Source of the DNA: Macrostomum lignano
Lineage: Eukaryota
DNA: 64,000 bases
Direction of reading: 5' to 3'
NCBI GenBank assembly: GCA_002269645.1
Contig: NIVC01001113.1
Location: 248,001-312,000 of the forward strand
Position numbers and translations under genes: made by a program. Every line of letters starts with the position of its first letter. Positions within the stretch are counted from its first letter, which is position 1. Of the stretch, positions 36,275 to 48,914 are shown piece by piece. The notes under the pieces are model-generated. The model saw only the letters and a program-made list of their open reading frames with translations, did no database searches and was not told the DNA's origin.

Positions 36275-39068
36275 AGAATTCCGTACTGGTAGATTTACAA
36301 TTCAAGTTGTAAAGGATCAACTCATCCAGATCTTCAACAAGCTAAAGCGCCTTAATAACTATGGAGTCAAATATGGCATCCAAGCAGGAGCAATTTACAA
36401 CAATATGAAGCATCTTCTCTCGAAGGATCAGTTCAAGGAACTAAAGACATCCACCCGCTTCAGAAATGCGTGGATCAACTTTCTAATGAAGCTTGCGAGT
36501 TTGGAAAGCTTGCTTGCGAGTTTGGGTGCTGTGAGCTATTGGTTGAATGAGACAACCTCAAATTTGAAAACTGCAGTATCTGTTTTTGGGGTGGGTGCTG
36601 TGAGCTATTGATTGAATGAGACAGATGGCTTATTATAGGTTTGTGCATAATTGGCAACAACCTCAAATTTGAAAACTGCAGTATCTGTTTTTGGGGTGGA
36701 TGCTAAGGAGACATTATCATTCATTAATACCTATCTATTCTATTTCACATGGTACGTTTTCTAGCGGCTTGCATGGGTCACTTCTATGGGATGCTAAAAT
36801 TAAAAACTTTTTGGCAGATATTTTGAGCAGTTCAAATTAACTAGCCTCTTTTGTGTTCGCGAGAGGTCTTTTGTGTCTGAAAGTCTCTTGCGTTTTTTGT
36901 TACTAAATATAGATCCACGCAAGATAGATGAGCCACTAGACCTGTACAATGGAGAGGGTCTATAAGCAGAGGGTCTATAGTATGGAGAGGATACTATAAG
37001 CACCATATCCAACTTAGTAAAAGACAAATCTACCTTTCATAGGACAGGTGAAAAAAATGATAACTGATTGTAGTGAGTCGCTAGTTTAGTTAGGCGCCGC
37101 ACTAGTCAGCTCTCTCCCTCGCCTTCGCCCCAGGCTTCTGTCTGCCGCTGGGCAGTTGCCTGCCCCTCCCACCTGTCCTTTGCCCGTCTGCCTGTCTGTC
37201 TGTTTGTCCTCGTTTGCCCCTTTTGGTTCGTGTTCCCTTTTGCAGTGCCCAGACAGCTTGGTCTGGCCTGCATCTGTTTCGTTCTCTGTTTGGCATCTCC
37301 AAATTTGGAGTGCTGTCCTGTTTTTCCGGTCCCACGGTCACGAGTGTCTTCACTTGTGGGCCTTTTCCCCTTGTCATGTGAGCCAGTCACATGACAGGGC
37401 CTTCTTCCTTCTTTAGTTCAAAGTGCAATTATTTCATCATTGTACGCTGGGCTCGTGTTTATGAGAGAGATCACGTACGCCAGGACCCCTGCCTCCTCTG
37501 AGGTAGAAGCCGCTTGTTTGTTGCTAAAAAAAGAGTCACTCATGACTCGCAGCGGGGTCTTTCGTGCTATGGTGCAATCGATTCTCCCTATAAATGCAGC
37601 CCCTCTCATGGCTTGGCTCAGACAAGCGTTTTGCGTTTTGTAGAGTGTTCTACCTCCCGTAAAAAAAGATAAAAGAAGTTAATCGTAGGATGCTACTGTA
37701 AGTAAGTAAGTACACGCATGTGCACCTAAATTTTAAATGAATCACGCTACCAGAAAATGATGTTACCAGAAAAATACGCAATGAGTCATTTTACCCTTTT
37801 AGCGCAACACGTGAATTGTAATGATGCTATTTTGGACCGAAAATGCGCCTATAAATACAAGCGGTCCGAAGCGGACCAGGAGCCAACTCGCGACGATAGG
37901 AAAAGCTCCGAAGAGGAAGCCTTAGGAGGACTTCCTTATCAACCAAGTCAATCGAGACTCGGTCGAGTTGTTGCGGTAAGCCTTCCTTATTTGCGCCCGT
38001 TGTGTTAGAGACGTCTCGCTCAAGTCTAGTGAGACTTGAGTTTATTTAAGTCTGTTGAGACTCTTGAGTCTGTTTAGACTCTACTGGTTGCAGTCTCCAG
38101 AAGGACTGCCCCTGATAGGTCTTAGAAGACTATCAGCGGTTTCCGGAGCTATACCTAGAGTGCATGGAGGCACTGCTAGAAGAAGGAGGCTTAATTCAGA
38201 CCGCAGTTCGGTGCAGGGTACCCATTGTTAATCGAAGCTTCTGATTGGTCCAAACGACAGTTACCGGCCGGAACCAACTTCAACGGAAGTACAAGGAGAT
38301 ACTGGACCAGATCAAACGATTCTAGACGTCTACAGTTCCTGAAGGACAGGAACGCTACTGATAGCGGGAACAACGGACTAGGATTACTGACGAGAGCTCT
38401 CATTTAAGGACTCAAGGTAATTGAATACCTTCTGTTGACGTACTGGGTTGCCTAGCTACTGAGCTAGGAGTGATTGTTCCTTGACTATCGAAGTCAGGTC
38501 ATAAGGAACACATCAGTTTTCCGTTTTCCGCGTAGCGTTTCTCCTCGTCCAGCGAATCTTCTAAGTGTTTGTGTCAAAGTTTGTACTTAAATTTAACTCC
38601 AAGACTCCCGACTTTGCGCGTGCCTGCTTCCGTTGCTCCTACTATCAATTACCAGGCCAGCTCAGATCGCCCGAAGCTAGCACTTTCGCTCTCACCCTGC
38701 ACCTGCCCGGCAGGGACTGCTGACTGCGGACGCTTCTGCTCGAGAACTGCTAAATCTGCACGAAGTGTTTGACTTCCTCTCTCGTCTTATTTATTTGCTT
38801 CTACGAGCTCAGCATCTCACCGAAGGCTGGGACTCTGCGAAGCTGGTGGCAGCACTACCTACGCTACAAGTATTGTTTCTAAGAAACCGGAAGCTAGAGG
38901 TCACCGCCCAGCGCCAGAAGACCTACCAGACCATCTCGAGTCGACATCAAAGAAGTCTGTACTTCACTGGTGGCAGCGATTCTACTGAAGGCCTCTAGAC
39001 AACCACAGGCAAGACATAGAAACACTTCATGATTTAGATGCTATTCCAAAAAGTGACTTGTCTGTGAG

Positions 39069-39562
39069 TTTGCACTGGTACTTACTCTTGTAATTAGGCT
39101 CGTGCGCTTTGTAATAAGAACCTGGAGAGACGAATGGAAGCATTTTTATTGAGAATTTAATTTTTTTTGGAGGATGAGCACCCTGCGCTTAGGATCTGGT
39201 TTCGCGTTGCGAATTGGATGTGGGGGAGAATAATGCAGATTATTATCTGATTGTTTCGAAGATGCTATGGGTGGATGTCAGTGGATTATGTAGGACACCT
39301 CTTATGCTCTAATTCTGTCAGGGATAATATGGATGGATTTAGGAGGATTATGTTCGAAGTTTTCGGATCAAGTGCGTCCCACTCTTTTTTCTGATTCTGT
39401 CGAGGATTATATCGATGGATTTAATGGGATTATGTTTAAAGTTTTCGTAGCAAGTGCCCCCCCCCCCTTTTTCTGATTTTGTCGGGGATAATATGGATGG
39501 ACTTAATAGGATTATGCAGGACGTTAAAAAATTGTCCCAAAAGCCCCCTCACGCATTAGACT
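39069..39562. repeat. Maverick-like terminal module, copy C (right end)
   Basis: ~95-bp head nearly identical to 52009-52100; three ~82-bp units; tail matches 52490-52542 and ends in CT. Confidence 0.7.
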
Positions 39563-39581
39563 TTGAGCATATAAAAAATAA

Positions 39582-40155
39582 ATGGATAGATATAAACATC
39601 CAAAATTAAGTGATGTCGAAGAGACTGATTACAAAGCGGCAGAGCAATGTTTTCTCTTAAGGCAATTTGTAGATAGGAAAAAAATTCGAGAGCATAATCA
39701 CTACAATGGTAAATATCGCGGCGCAGCATGTCAATCATGTAATACCAAGGAGGGCAAGGCGAATCAAACAGTACCGTTGTTTCTCCTGGATGAATCTGGA
39801 AAAGATCTAAACTATTTGATAGTTCCATTAACGCGAATAAAGAATACAGCGTATAAATTGGATTTCATTTCGAAATCAACGGAAGACCATGTTGCAATTA
39901 AGTGGGGGAAATATACAAGTGGCGTTGTGTTTTTAGATGGATCTAGGTTTTTGCAACCACCATTTACACTCTCTGAAGAAGAAATAAAATAAATCCCCCC
40001 AGTGATACAACAGGAGCAATTAGAAAGAGATACTCATTTGTCAATGCTTTTGAGAAGTTTAGGTCAACATTCTTGAACTATTTCAAGACAGATCCTGCGT
40101 ATTGCTTTTCCTTTTCTGGATTATCGTGGGCATGTGGGTTGAAATATACTAATAT
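39582..40155 (+). pseudogene. Maverick/Polinton protein-primed PolB fragment
   Basis: IREHNHYNGKYRGAACQSCN (EndoVII-like); FLDGSRFL; YFKTDPAYCFSFSGLSWACGLKYTNMELELL; deleted and frameshifted. Confidence 0.8.
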
Positions 40156-40159
40156 GGAA

Positions 40160-40720
40160 TTGGAATTACTTGGTTGTAACACCCCCTTCCCTCCAGCCCC
40201 ACTCTCCTTCCCTCTAGCCCCGCCCTCCCTTTTAGCTTCCACGCTCTTCTCCCCTCCAGCCCCACCCTCCTTTTTTTCCAGCCCCACCCTCCTTCCCTCT
40301 AGCTCCGCCCTCCCTTCCAGCTTCCACCCTCTTCTCCCCTCCAGCCCCACCCTCCTTCCCTCCAGCCCAACCCTCTTCTCTTCTGTAGCCCCACCCCCTT
40401 CCCTCCAGCCCCACTCTCCTTCCCTCTAGCCACGCCCTCCCTTTTTTCCCCACAAAACTACCATCTCCTTCCTTCCAACCCCTATCCTTCTCTCCAGGAC
40501 CTACCCTTGTTCTCTTTCAGCCTCACTTTTATGTCCCCTCCAGCCCCACCCCCTTCTTCCCTCAGCCCCACTCTCTCCTCTTCAGCCCCATCCTCTCCTC
40601 CCCTCCAGCCTCACCCTCTCCTACCCCAGCCTCAACCTCTTCGCCCCTCCAGCCCCACCCTATTTTCCTATTCAGCCTCACCCTTTCTCGTAGCTCTGCT
40701 AATAAAATTTAATTATCCTT
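40160..40720. repeat. C-rich ~20-bp satellite (CTTCCCTCCAGCCCCACCCT)
   Basis: Direct reading; reverse-complement block at 44335-44760. Confidence 0.9.
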
Positions 40721-40759
40721 TTCAGAAGTGAAAAATAATATTTCTCTTTTCTCTCTTCA

Positions 40760-41570
40760 GAATGTCCTCGCACCGGTCTTGAGGTCATACCACGTGCCGG
40801 AGCGACTGGTCGCAGCAACCATAACTCTCTTCTAGGAGACCCTGGCCGCCGTGGTTACACCTGACGGACTATCCGACCTGTTCAAAACGACCTCAGGGAT
40901 GCTACGTAGGGCCCTGCCAACAGATGAGGACAGCTTCCTACTGTGCCGGCAAACAAGCAGCCGCCAATCGGAGAAGCGGCTGTCACTCATGGGTTACGCC
41001 GACGACCTGGCGCTGCCCCCCTCTATGGCTGAGGGAGCTCAGCGCATGCTAGACAGCCTGGTTAGTGGCAGCTGCGGCATCGGTCGGGCTAGCGGTGAAC
41101 ATCGAGAAGACGGAGGTGATGACTGTACCTGCGGAGCTGCCTATCAAAATCACCTGCTGGGACACCCGACGGTCATGCAGCAGCTCTACCTTGCTGCGCG
41201 TGCTTCACGTACCCCGGCGATCTTGTGCCCAGTGTCCAGGAGGACTTGGCGCGACGCAGGGGCCTGGCCTGGGCGGCTTTCCGCTCCATCCGAGTCGTCC
41301 TGCAGAACGCCGCGCTGCCAGACTGCTGCGATCACCTAGCGAGACCCTCCGCAGACGAATACATCAGCTGGCGGGCCACACCATCCACGCGGAGGCCTAC
41401 TGTTCTCAACCAGTGTAAGACGTCCTGCTGCTCACGATGCAGGGCCCCTGGCGCCGGGGCTACGGCCGGGCGAGTCGCGTCGCGGATTGCCTGTTGGATG
41501 GCGCTGGGGTGATTGGCCAGGCGCACGCTGTTGCCGCCTTTAGAGAGCTCGCACTGAGAGAACTGATCTG
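40760..41570 (+). pseudogene. RTE-clade non-LTR retrotransposon 3' fragment
   Basis: VVTPDGLSDLFKTTSG; GYADDLAL; GLAVNIEKTEVM; RRGLAWAAF; LAGHTI; internal deletion and frameshifts. Confidence 0.8.
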
Positions 41571-42148
41571 ACACCGCCTCCCATTGTGAACTGTTACTTT
41601 TAACTCAACAATACTGGGTGTGCCTTGTTGTTATTTTCTCTTCAAAAAAATTTGCCTAGCTGCGAACTGTGATGGTGCATATCGCGTACTCGCGATTCAA
41701 TAGCTTATACTTATTACTGTTTTACTTATTGCCTTCCGATGTCAATGCTATTTATTGCGTGTAATATTACCGCAAAATTCAAGTTCGGGTGTCATTATTT
41801 AGCTACTGCCGCTGTTCTGCATTACAATTATTATAGTACTTCGTATCTACTGACGTAACATTGTACCAAAAATTTTACATTGCGACGCGCCAAAACCAAT
41901 CTTGTTGAATGCTTCTAGCGTAATAGCCGTTTGAATCGCTTGAAATACATTGTAATCCCATGCTGTATTGCTTTTGACGATCTAAACGACACTGGCTAGA
42001 CTTCACTGATCCATATGCTCCTCAAGCAAGGTATATGGAAAGCAGATTGAGCAGCAAACTTAGTGTTTGATTGATAGAGATATTGTATAGTTGGATCTTT
42101 GGATCACGGATAGAACCAAGGAATCTAGATCTGGAGGCATGGAGCCAC

Positions 42149-42292
42149 GGAAAGCAGCGGAGCTGTTGGGGGGAGCGGCGGAAAGCAGCGGAGCTGTTGG
42201 GGGGAGCGGCGGAAAGCAGCGGAGCTGTTGGGTGGAGCGGCGGAAAGCAGCGGAGCTGTTGGGGGGAGCGGCGGAAAGCAGCGGAGCTGTTG
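42149..42292. repeat. 31-bp minisatellite (GGAAAGCAGCGGAGCTGTTGGGGGGAGCGGC), about 4.7 copies
   Basis: Direct reading. Confidence 0.93.
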
Positions 42293-43789
42293 GTTTGATA
42301 ACAGCTGACAGGCTTATTTGCATAGAGCGATGTTATGAGAATGAATTCAGTCAGTCAGTTTAAGGCAGAATGCTGGCTCTCTGCCTCTGCCTACCCTTCA
42401 ACTGAATCGAGTGAACTCGCAGTGCCTGAAGTGCCCGAAGTTGGTTCTACATGTACGTATGCATATTGTTTTGGCAAACTCGATTACAAAAAGGTACGGC
42501 TCATATATTACAGTGTACTACATGTATTTGAGTGGCAAATTGGTGACGGTTTAAATGTTGCTAGGGCTACGTCTATGTGACCCGGCCGGTGCTCTACTAC
42601 CTTGAATTCATGCCCGTAAGGCTCAGCCTCCAATCATTTACTAATTATTTAATGTCGCGAAAGGGGACTCTCAGTCCCCAACATCCTGCATGGTAATTAG
42701 GGGGCCTAGGGTCTTGTCCTTGGGGCCTTCGACAAGTGACTGCCGCAATTTGACTGGGGACTATGAACTCTAAACATTGGCACCTCAAGATTAGAGCACT
42801 TATTAGGCACTCGAACCAAAATAATGTTGAAGGACTACAGAATACATGTATATCATAAAATAGAGAGAAGCTAGTTCATTTAGATATTTTTTAATCTCAA
42901 TCCCTAATTTTCATCTTCATTTTCATTTCTAAATCTCAATCCCCGATTGTTAATTCCCTTATATCCCTGATTCCTAATGTTGAAATCCGAATCCAGCTTG
43001 TTGATATCCCTCAGAGGGAATGATGAGGGGATGCTTCTGAGGACCGAGTTGCTGCTTTAGCTATACATGTATACATCTAAATATGATCCTGTTTTAGTAG
43101 AGTAGAAATATGTGAGAGCACAGAGGAGACAGAAAATAGTAGGGGAAGTTAAGGGGATACCCTAGAGGACATTCTGTTTCTCAAACTTTGCAGATCTTGT
43201 CTGTGTTATTCTTAGCAGATCTTCTCAATCTGCTCGGTTCTTGCAGGATCTTCAAAGATGGGAGGTACATTTGCTTTGTTATTCATTTGGCTAAAGTGTT
43301 CTAGCTGAACTATATTTATTTTATGACAAAAAGGGACAATAAATTTAAGAAAATATGCGATTCGAAGCTATAAAAAGATATAAAAGCTAAGCTCTTGTAC
43401 GATGTAGCAAGTCGCCCAGATCTAGGTTTACCTAAGTAATATTATAGCGAAGATCTTGCACGTTCTTGCAAGTACTTGCGCAGCAACCCAAGAAGATAGA
43501 CAAGATCTGCTAAGAATCAACAAGTCAATGTCTTCTAGGGTATAGGGCATTGGCAACTTTTACAAGAAACTTGTATAAGACTGGTCGGGTCAGGTATCAT
43601 ATTCTTAAGTTGAATATGACGTCAGTTGGAACTGGGGCACCTTTTACGAAATGTTTGAAAGCTGCCATGCAGCTACATGTATACGAGATCATAGAACAGA
43701 GAGAAGCTAGCTCATTTAGCCCAACCTCAAGAGCCAGAATTCCGAGTGGCAGTCGAAAAATTCTGCCCAGCCACTGAGACCATCAGTTC

Positions 43790-44337
43790 TGCGGCGCGCC
43801 AAGGGAGCCGACAAAATGATGATCATCGCATGCTACGACAGTTTTGGCATTATTCTCATCCACCGCATTTCTGAGGGCCAAAACATCAACCAAAAGTTTT
43901 ATCGGAGCTTCCCCACCCACCATCTTCGACCTGCCTTGCGCAAAAAGCGGCCACAGACCCTGGAACTTGGTCCACTCCTTCTGCACGACAATGCCAGTTC
44001 GCACACAGCCCGCATTGTGCAGGACCTACTGCGGGACTATCAGTGGGAGGTGCTGCCTCATCCTACTTACTCCCCAGACCTCAGTCCCTGCGATTTCAGC
44101 CTTTCCCAAAGCTTAAGAACCAGCTTCAAGGGTATTCAAGGGAACCAGCATCCAGGCAGCGAGATCGGCCGCATTGCAAAAGACCTGTGCAAATCTGGCG
44201 CTGCTGACGGCGTCCACAAGTTGCCTGGCTGCTGGTAGCGCATGATTCAAACCAACGGAAGTTATTTTGAAGTTGCTTGAGCTGTTCACTGTTCTGACAC
44301 TCGTTTGTTGAAAATTAATAAGTGTTTAATGAAACAG
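43790..44337 (+). pseudogene. Mariner transposase C-terminal fragment with partial right TIR
   Basis: KMMIIACYD..GIILI; LLHDNASSH; LPHPTYSPDLSPCDF; ends at ..TTTAATGAAACAG before the satellite. Confidence 0.85.
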
Positions 44338-44760
44338 AAGGGGAGAAGAGGGTGGAAGCTGGAGGGGAGGGTTGGGGCTAGAGGAAAGGGGTGGGGCTGG
44401 AGGGAAGGGGAGGGGCTGGAGGGAAGGGGTAGGGCTGGAGGGAAGGGGTGGGGCTGGAAGGAAGGGGTGGGGCTGGAGAGAAGGGGTGGGTCTAGAGGAG
44501 AGAAAAGGGTGGAAGCTGGAGGGGAGTGTGGGGCTAGAGGGAAGGAGGGTGGGGCTGAAGGATAGGATAGTGGGACTAGAGGCTAGGAAGGTAGGGCTAG
44601 AGGGTAGGAGGGTGAGATTATAAAAAAGGGTAAGAATTTAATGGGAAAACATTGTGGGACTGAGGAGGAGGGTAATACTGAAGGGAAAAGAAGGTGAGGC
44701 TTTAGAGAAGAGAATATGGGCTAGAAAGAAAAAGGTAAGGCCTAGCATTAGAGGGAAAGA
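44335..44760. repeat. G-rich satellite, reverse complement of the 40160-40720 family
   Basis: GGGGCTGGAGGGAAGGGGT units, decaying rightward. Confidence 0.88.
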
Positions 44761-45399
44761 AAAGGTCACAACTAGAGGGATATCATGACTTTATATAGTG
44801 GCAATGAATAGTTATTACTTAGTCTATAGTTGATTAGACTATGGCTAATTATTTCAAAAAAGATTTTTATTCTAGGCATGCTTTATCTTATATAGTTATA
44901 TTCTTACTTTTAATTCCCATAAAACAATATTATTAAAACATTTTAATATAAAACATTATAAACATAGGCTAGGCTTAGGTCTAATAAAAAGATAGGCCTA
45001 AGCTACTTAAATTAAAGAAGGACCAAATGAATTTTAGATCCAAAGAAAAAAAGATTCTTAATCCTATTATCATTAAAAAACATATTCTAATATAGCATAA
45101 AGGCTTTATAACACAAAAGAAAAGAAAATATTTTAGACTTAGACCTACTAGGGCCTAGTCAATAGTAGAAAAGAATCAATGATTTGAAATAGAAGGCTTT
45201 GTATTACTATTAGGTAAAAATTACTAGGTAGGTAGTTTTTATCTATTGCTATTAGATTTTAGAAGCCTAGACAGCTTATTAAATATGCACTTTGCCTAGG
45301 CTAAACAAAAAAATAGATATAGTTATGTAAATTTTAAATGATTCCAAAGTCTAAAGAGCAATAAATAAATGTGTAAGCCTAACTAATTATAACAAACAT

Positions 45400-46904
45400 T
45401 ATAAAGTTTTCAACATTCTTACCCATTAGAGCTGTGGCTATAACGGATTCCTAACTCTTTCTGTGCTCTGGATCTGGATGAATTTGGTTATGCAGATTAA
45501 CAATGTCATAGTCGTCATCACTAACTCTAAGTACATCCGAGTAATTATATCCCACCGATTTATTAACGTAATCGTCATATCTATACTCGTGAAACTCACC
45601 TGTAACGAGGTCATATACTCCATCATCAAACCCTAGCAAATTCCATTTCATTTCGAATTCAATTTCATTGTTAGTAAACCTCTCTTTGAACAAAGTAGTT
45701 ACCTGTTTGAGTTTGTTGGGTCCTTGTATTGAATTTATATTCTTCATTGCACTCTGTAGTTTCTTTTCAAGTACTTTTAACTTCTCTTTATCATCAGCCG
45801 CCTTCTTAATTGCAATTTCGAGTCTAGTCTTTTGGTGGTTTAACCCACTGCTAACAAGGTGTGATATTTTAAGAAATATGTCATTTATACTACTTAGTTC
45901 TCTACTTATCATCATCAAAATAGTAAATACCATCGCTATTGTAAATTATATTATTCTTCTTATATTCATAAACAAAGTTGGTTAAGTTAACATCAGTGAA
46001 ATTATCATCAAGATACTCAATCCTATCATAGTAATCATATTTGCTTTTCCATTCCTTATATTTACTATAGTTTTTTTCACTAGCCCATTTCTTCAACGTA
46101 CCGTCCATTTCTTCTGTCCTCTCGATCAGCAGAGCTGGTATTAGTGCTATTCCACAGCTTCTTACATGCCTCGGAATCGAACTTATCATAATTGACTTTA
46201 TATTAATCAGTGAATACTTTGTACATTTCATCACCACTGTCTATGTCGCGGAGTATGAGTGCTACCTTGTACCAAGAATCATAGTCTTGGTTTTTGTGTT
46301 GTATTATATTTAACAACTTTGAAACTCCTTCACAAGTGGGTGGTGGAACGGCGCTTTTTAGTGCTTGTTTATCGGGTTCTTGGTTTTCTGTTTTATCCTG
46401 TGGCTTAATTAATCTATTTATCTCATCAAGAATTACATCTGGCATGTCTATTAACCCTTCGGGCTTTATACGTTTGTATTCCTTAATTTCACCGACATAA
46501 TAGAAACCTGGTGGAGCAAATACTAAAGCCGGAATATCAAAACCAACACTTTGTTGAATCGTTACTTTTAATCTATCTACCTTGTTAAAGTGAAAGTGAT
46601 GACCCCTGTTTGTCTGAACAATCCAATCACAATAAGTCATACACAGTTCATTCAACTCAGGGCATAGGTCAGCATTATCAATATCTATTACGGTTATATT
46701 TGAATTTCGAGTATCTATCCAAATCATGTTGTCTACCTCTGGTTGAAATGGTGGGGAGGTTGAATTCCTATCTGCTTTGGTTGGCATTCCTGACGGTATT
46801 TTTTTCTTTGTTTGAGAGACACTTGAATCGTTTGGATTTTTTCCTTCCGTTTTATTAAAAATAAATTTAACAATATAATTTATCGGTTTCAATGTATTTG
46901 TCAA
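45400..46904 (-). pseudogene. Prim-Pol-type primase + PriCT-2 + D5_N region of a D5-like primase-helicase (P-loop missing)
   Basis: ITVIDID..VQTNRGHHFHF (AEP motifs); DYDSWYKVALIL (PriCT-2); NLLGFDDGVYDLVTGEF..DDYVNKSVGYNY (D5_N); ALMGKNVENFIMF then decay; two frameshifts. Confidence 0.75.
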
Positions 46905-47209
46905 GGGTTATGGGGGGGTTTGAAAATGCTCAATTTCAGCATGACGAAAGATTCATCATTCCTTATGTGCTGTCTCGAAATCAATGCCCATTTATCAACA
47001 TGTGCAAGATATACTCGGAATGAATACAAATATGGGGGGCATTTACGATCGGTGTGTTTTAATATTTCTGCTTTATATTCATCGTAAGCTTTATCAACTT
47101 CTTCAATTAATCGAGCCTTTCGAATGGGTGTTTTTATTTGAGAGAAATTTATAATAGAATCATAATATTTTAGTGGCAGTACATTTCGAACATTTGGGTT
47201 ACCTTCCAT
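46901..47209 (-). CDS. Orphan 102-aa ORF abutting the primase gene
   Basis: ATG-TGA ORF whose stop overlaps the next gene start by 4 nt; virus-like compact layout. Confidence 0.45.
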   Translation of the reverse strand: MEGNPNVRNVLPLKYYDSIINFSQIKTPIRKARLIEEVDKAYDEYKAEILKHTDRKCPPYLYSFRVYLAHVDKWALISRQHIRNDESFVMLKLSIFKPPHNP

Positions 47210-47344
47210 TTTTTCTAGGAAAATTTAGCCATGTAGTTTTCATTTTTAGTTTAAGTTATTAAGTTTTAAGCTAGTTTTGCATGACCTCTTTGATTATATT
47301 ATGACTCAGAGTTGTTCTTTGGCAGAGTAGGCAAACTTCACTCA

Positions 47345-47700
47345 ATTGCCCCGAAGGGTCGCAGACAGTCTGATGAGTAACACAGGAATTCGAGGCTCTA
47401 TTTGCGCCACACACAAACAAGCGCGCCGCAACAATATAGTCCACTAAATCAAACTTCATTCTATAGTTCCGAAAGAACGCGGACTCCGTCCGATTGCCCC
47501 GAGGGGTCGCAGACACAGTTTGATGACTAACACAGGAATTTGGGGGTCTACTCGCGCTACTCACAAACAAGCTCACCTCACAACAATAGGGTTGACTAAA
47601 GAAAACTTCATTTTATCGCCCGAAGGGTCGCAGAGGCTGTTTATGACTAACACAGGAATTCGGGGTTATCGTGTGCCCATCCACCCACGGCAAAACACTC
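47345..47700. repeat. Three 120-150-bp degenerate direct repeats (CCCGAAGGGTCGCAGA..TGA(G/C)TAACACAGGAATT); a further copy at ~53240-53320
   Basis: Direct reading. Confidence 0.8.
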
Positions 47701-47922
47701 TGAGTCACGCTTTCAATTCAAACCAAAACGCAAGGCCAAAAATTTTTCTCACGTGTTGCTCTCGACATGTGAGTTGAATGGATTGCATGAATTCTATCTA
47801 TTGTCATGAAAAAAATATATATATGAGCACCCCGCCGCAACTGAATAGTCGTATGGCCCGCCACAGCAGAATAGACATTTCACCCTGTTTTATAACATAG
47901 AATTTTCTAGTTATCTAAAATA

Positions 47923-48746
47923 ATGGCCTCCTCTACTCCCATCCATAGTCAGATAATCAACACTATTAAGAGCATTAGCACCAAAGATTCAAATAGTTCC
48001 GCCGTTGTTAGTAAGTTGGATGCTGATGAGCAGCAGCAACTACTAAAAATTCTGAAACTAATAGAAAGTCAGTCCACGAAGAAAGATCACACCCGAGAGA
48101 AACTCAACAACAAAGAGGCAAAGCATCTAAGAGAAGCGCGATTTATTGCTCTCTTGACGGAAAAGCTTGACAATGTGAAAAACGAGTCAATTGTCGTCAA
48201 AACTCGGTAAGTTTTATTACAGAATCTTATCACATAGTCAATAACTTTTCAATGAGAAAACAACATTTTATTTCAGTTTCTATATGAGGATCTATGGATC
48301 TATGTGAGGAGGAACTTGGTCAGGAGGAAGGTCAACTAATCGTTCAGTTTTCTAAGTTGCAAGACTTTATTAGCAGTCTAGAAATTTTAGCCTGCCTATC
48401 TAGAAGGAAGCAGGCAGAAGTTATTGCCAAGCTACGCGAATCCCTTGGCTTGAGCATCAAAGGCGTTGCTGCTAAACTGCAAATCGATGAAAAGTTCGCT
48501 GAAAGACTCTATACTTTTCACAATCTAATCGTCAAATATCCAGTCCTAGTGGTATCAGGTTACAACTTTGAAACACTGCTAACCCACAAGGCTCTTATTC
48601 AGAAAAAGGCGGCAGAAGACGAGAACTTTGCTTGCCGCCTTGGAGTTTCGCCAAACATACGATACGAGGGCGCTGACGAGACCGACGAAGATATGCTGCT
48701 AGACGAAGCAACTGATGACATGGCAAAGTCATTAATTTCTGGATAA
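47923..48746 (+). pseudogene. Orphan gene X (intron 48207-48276), paralog of 60279-61262
   Basis: Shared motifs RFIA.L.E.....K.E.IV..TR|intron, K.QAEV.AK, F..RL.TFH.L..K.P.....GY..ETLLT.K..I.K.A..DENF.C.L; one frameshift. Confidence 0.7.
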
Positions 48747-48914
48747 AAAATGTCCAGAAAAATTTCTGGAGATCCAGAAAAACTGATTTAACACGAAAAA
48801 ATCATTTTACTGCTTTCGTTACTACACAAAGTAGGATACAAAACATCTTTTTTAAAAAATACACAAACTGAGCCAAGTTACCATCTTTAGATTAAAAAAT
48901 ATTCTTTTGTGTGT

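Noticed and set aside
37101-37140. Minus-strand Helitron 3' end (..GGCGAAGGC..CTAGT)
   Set aside because: Hairpin is weak and no 5' end was identified; left unannotated
37760-39060. Possible LTR/gag start of another retroelement
   Set aside because: No recognisable PBS, LTR ends or protein motif
42655-42685. GAAA + GGGGACT/AGTCCCC hairpin as hammerhead stem III
   Set aside because: No UH cleavage triplet and no CUGANGA upstream
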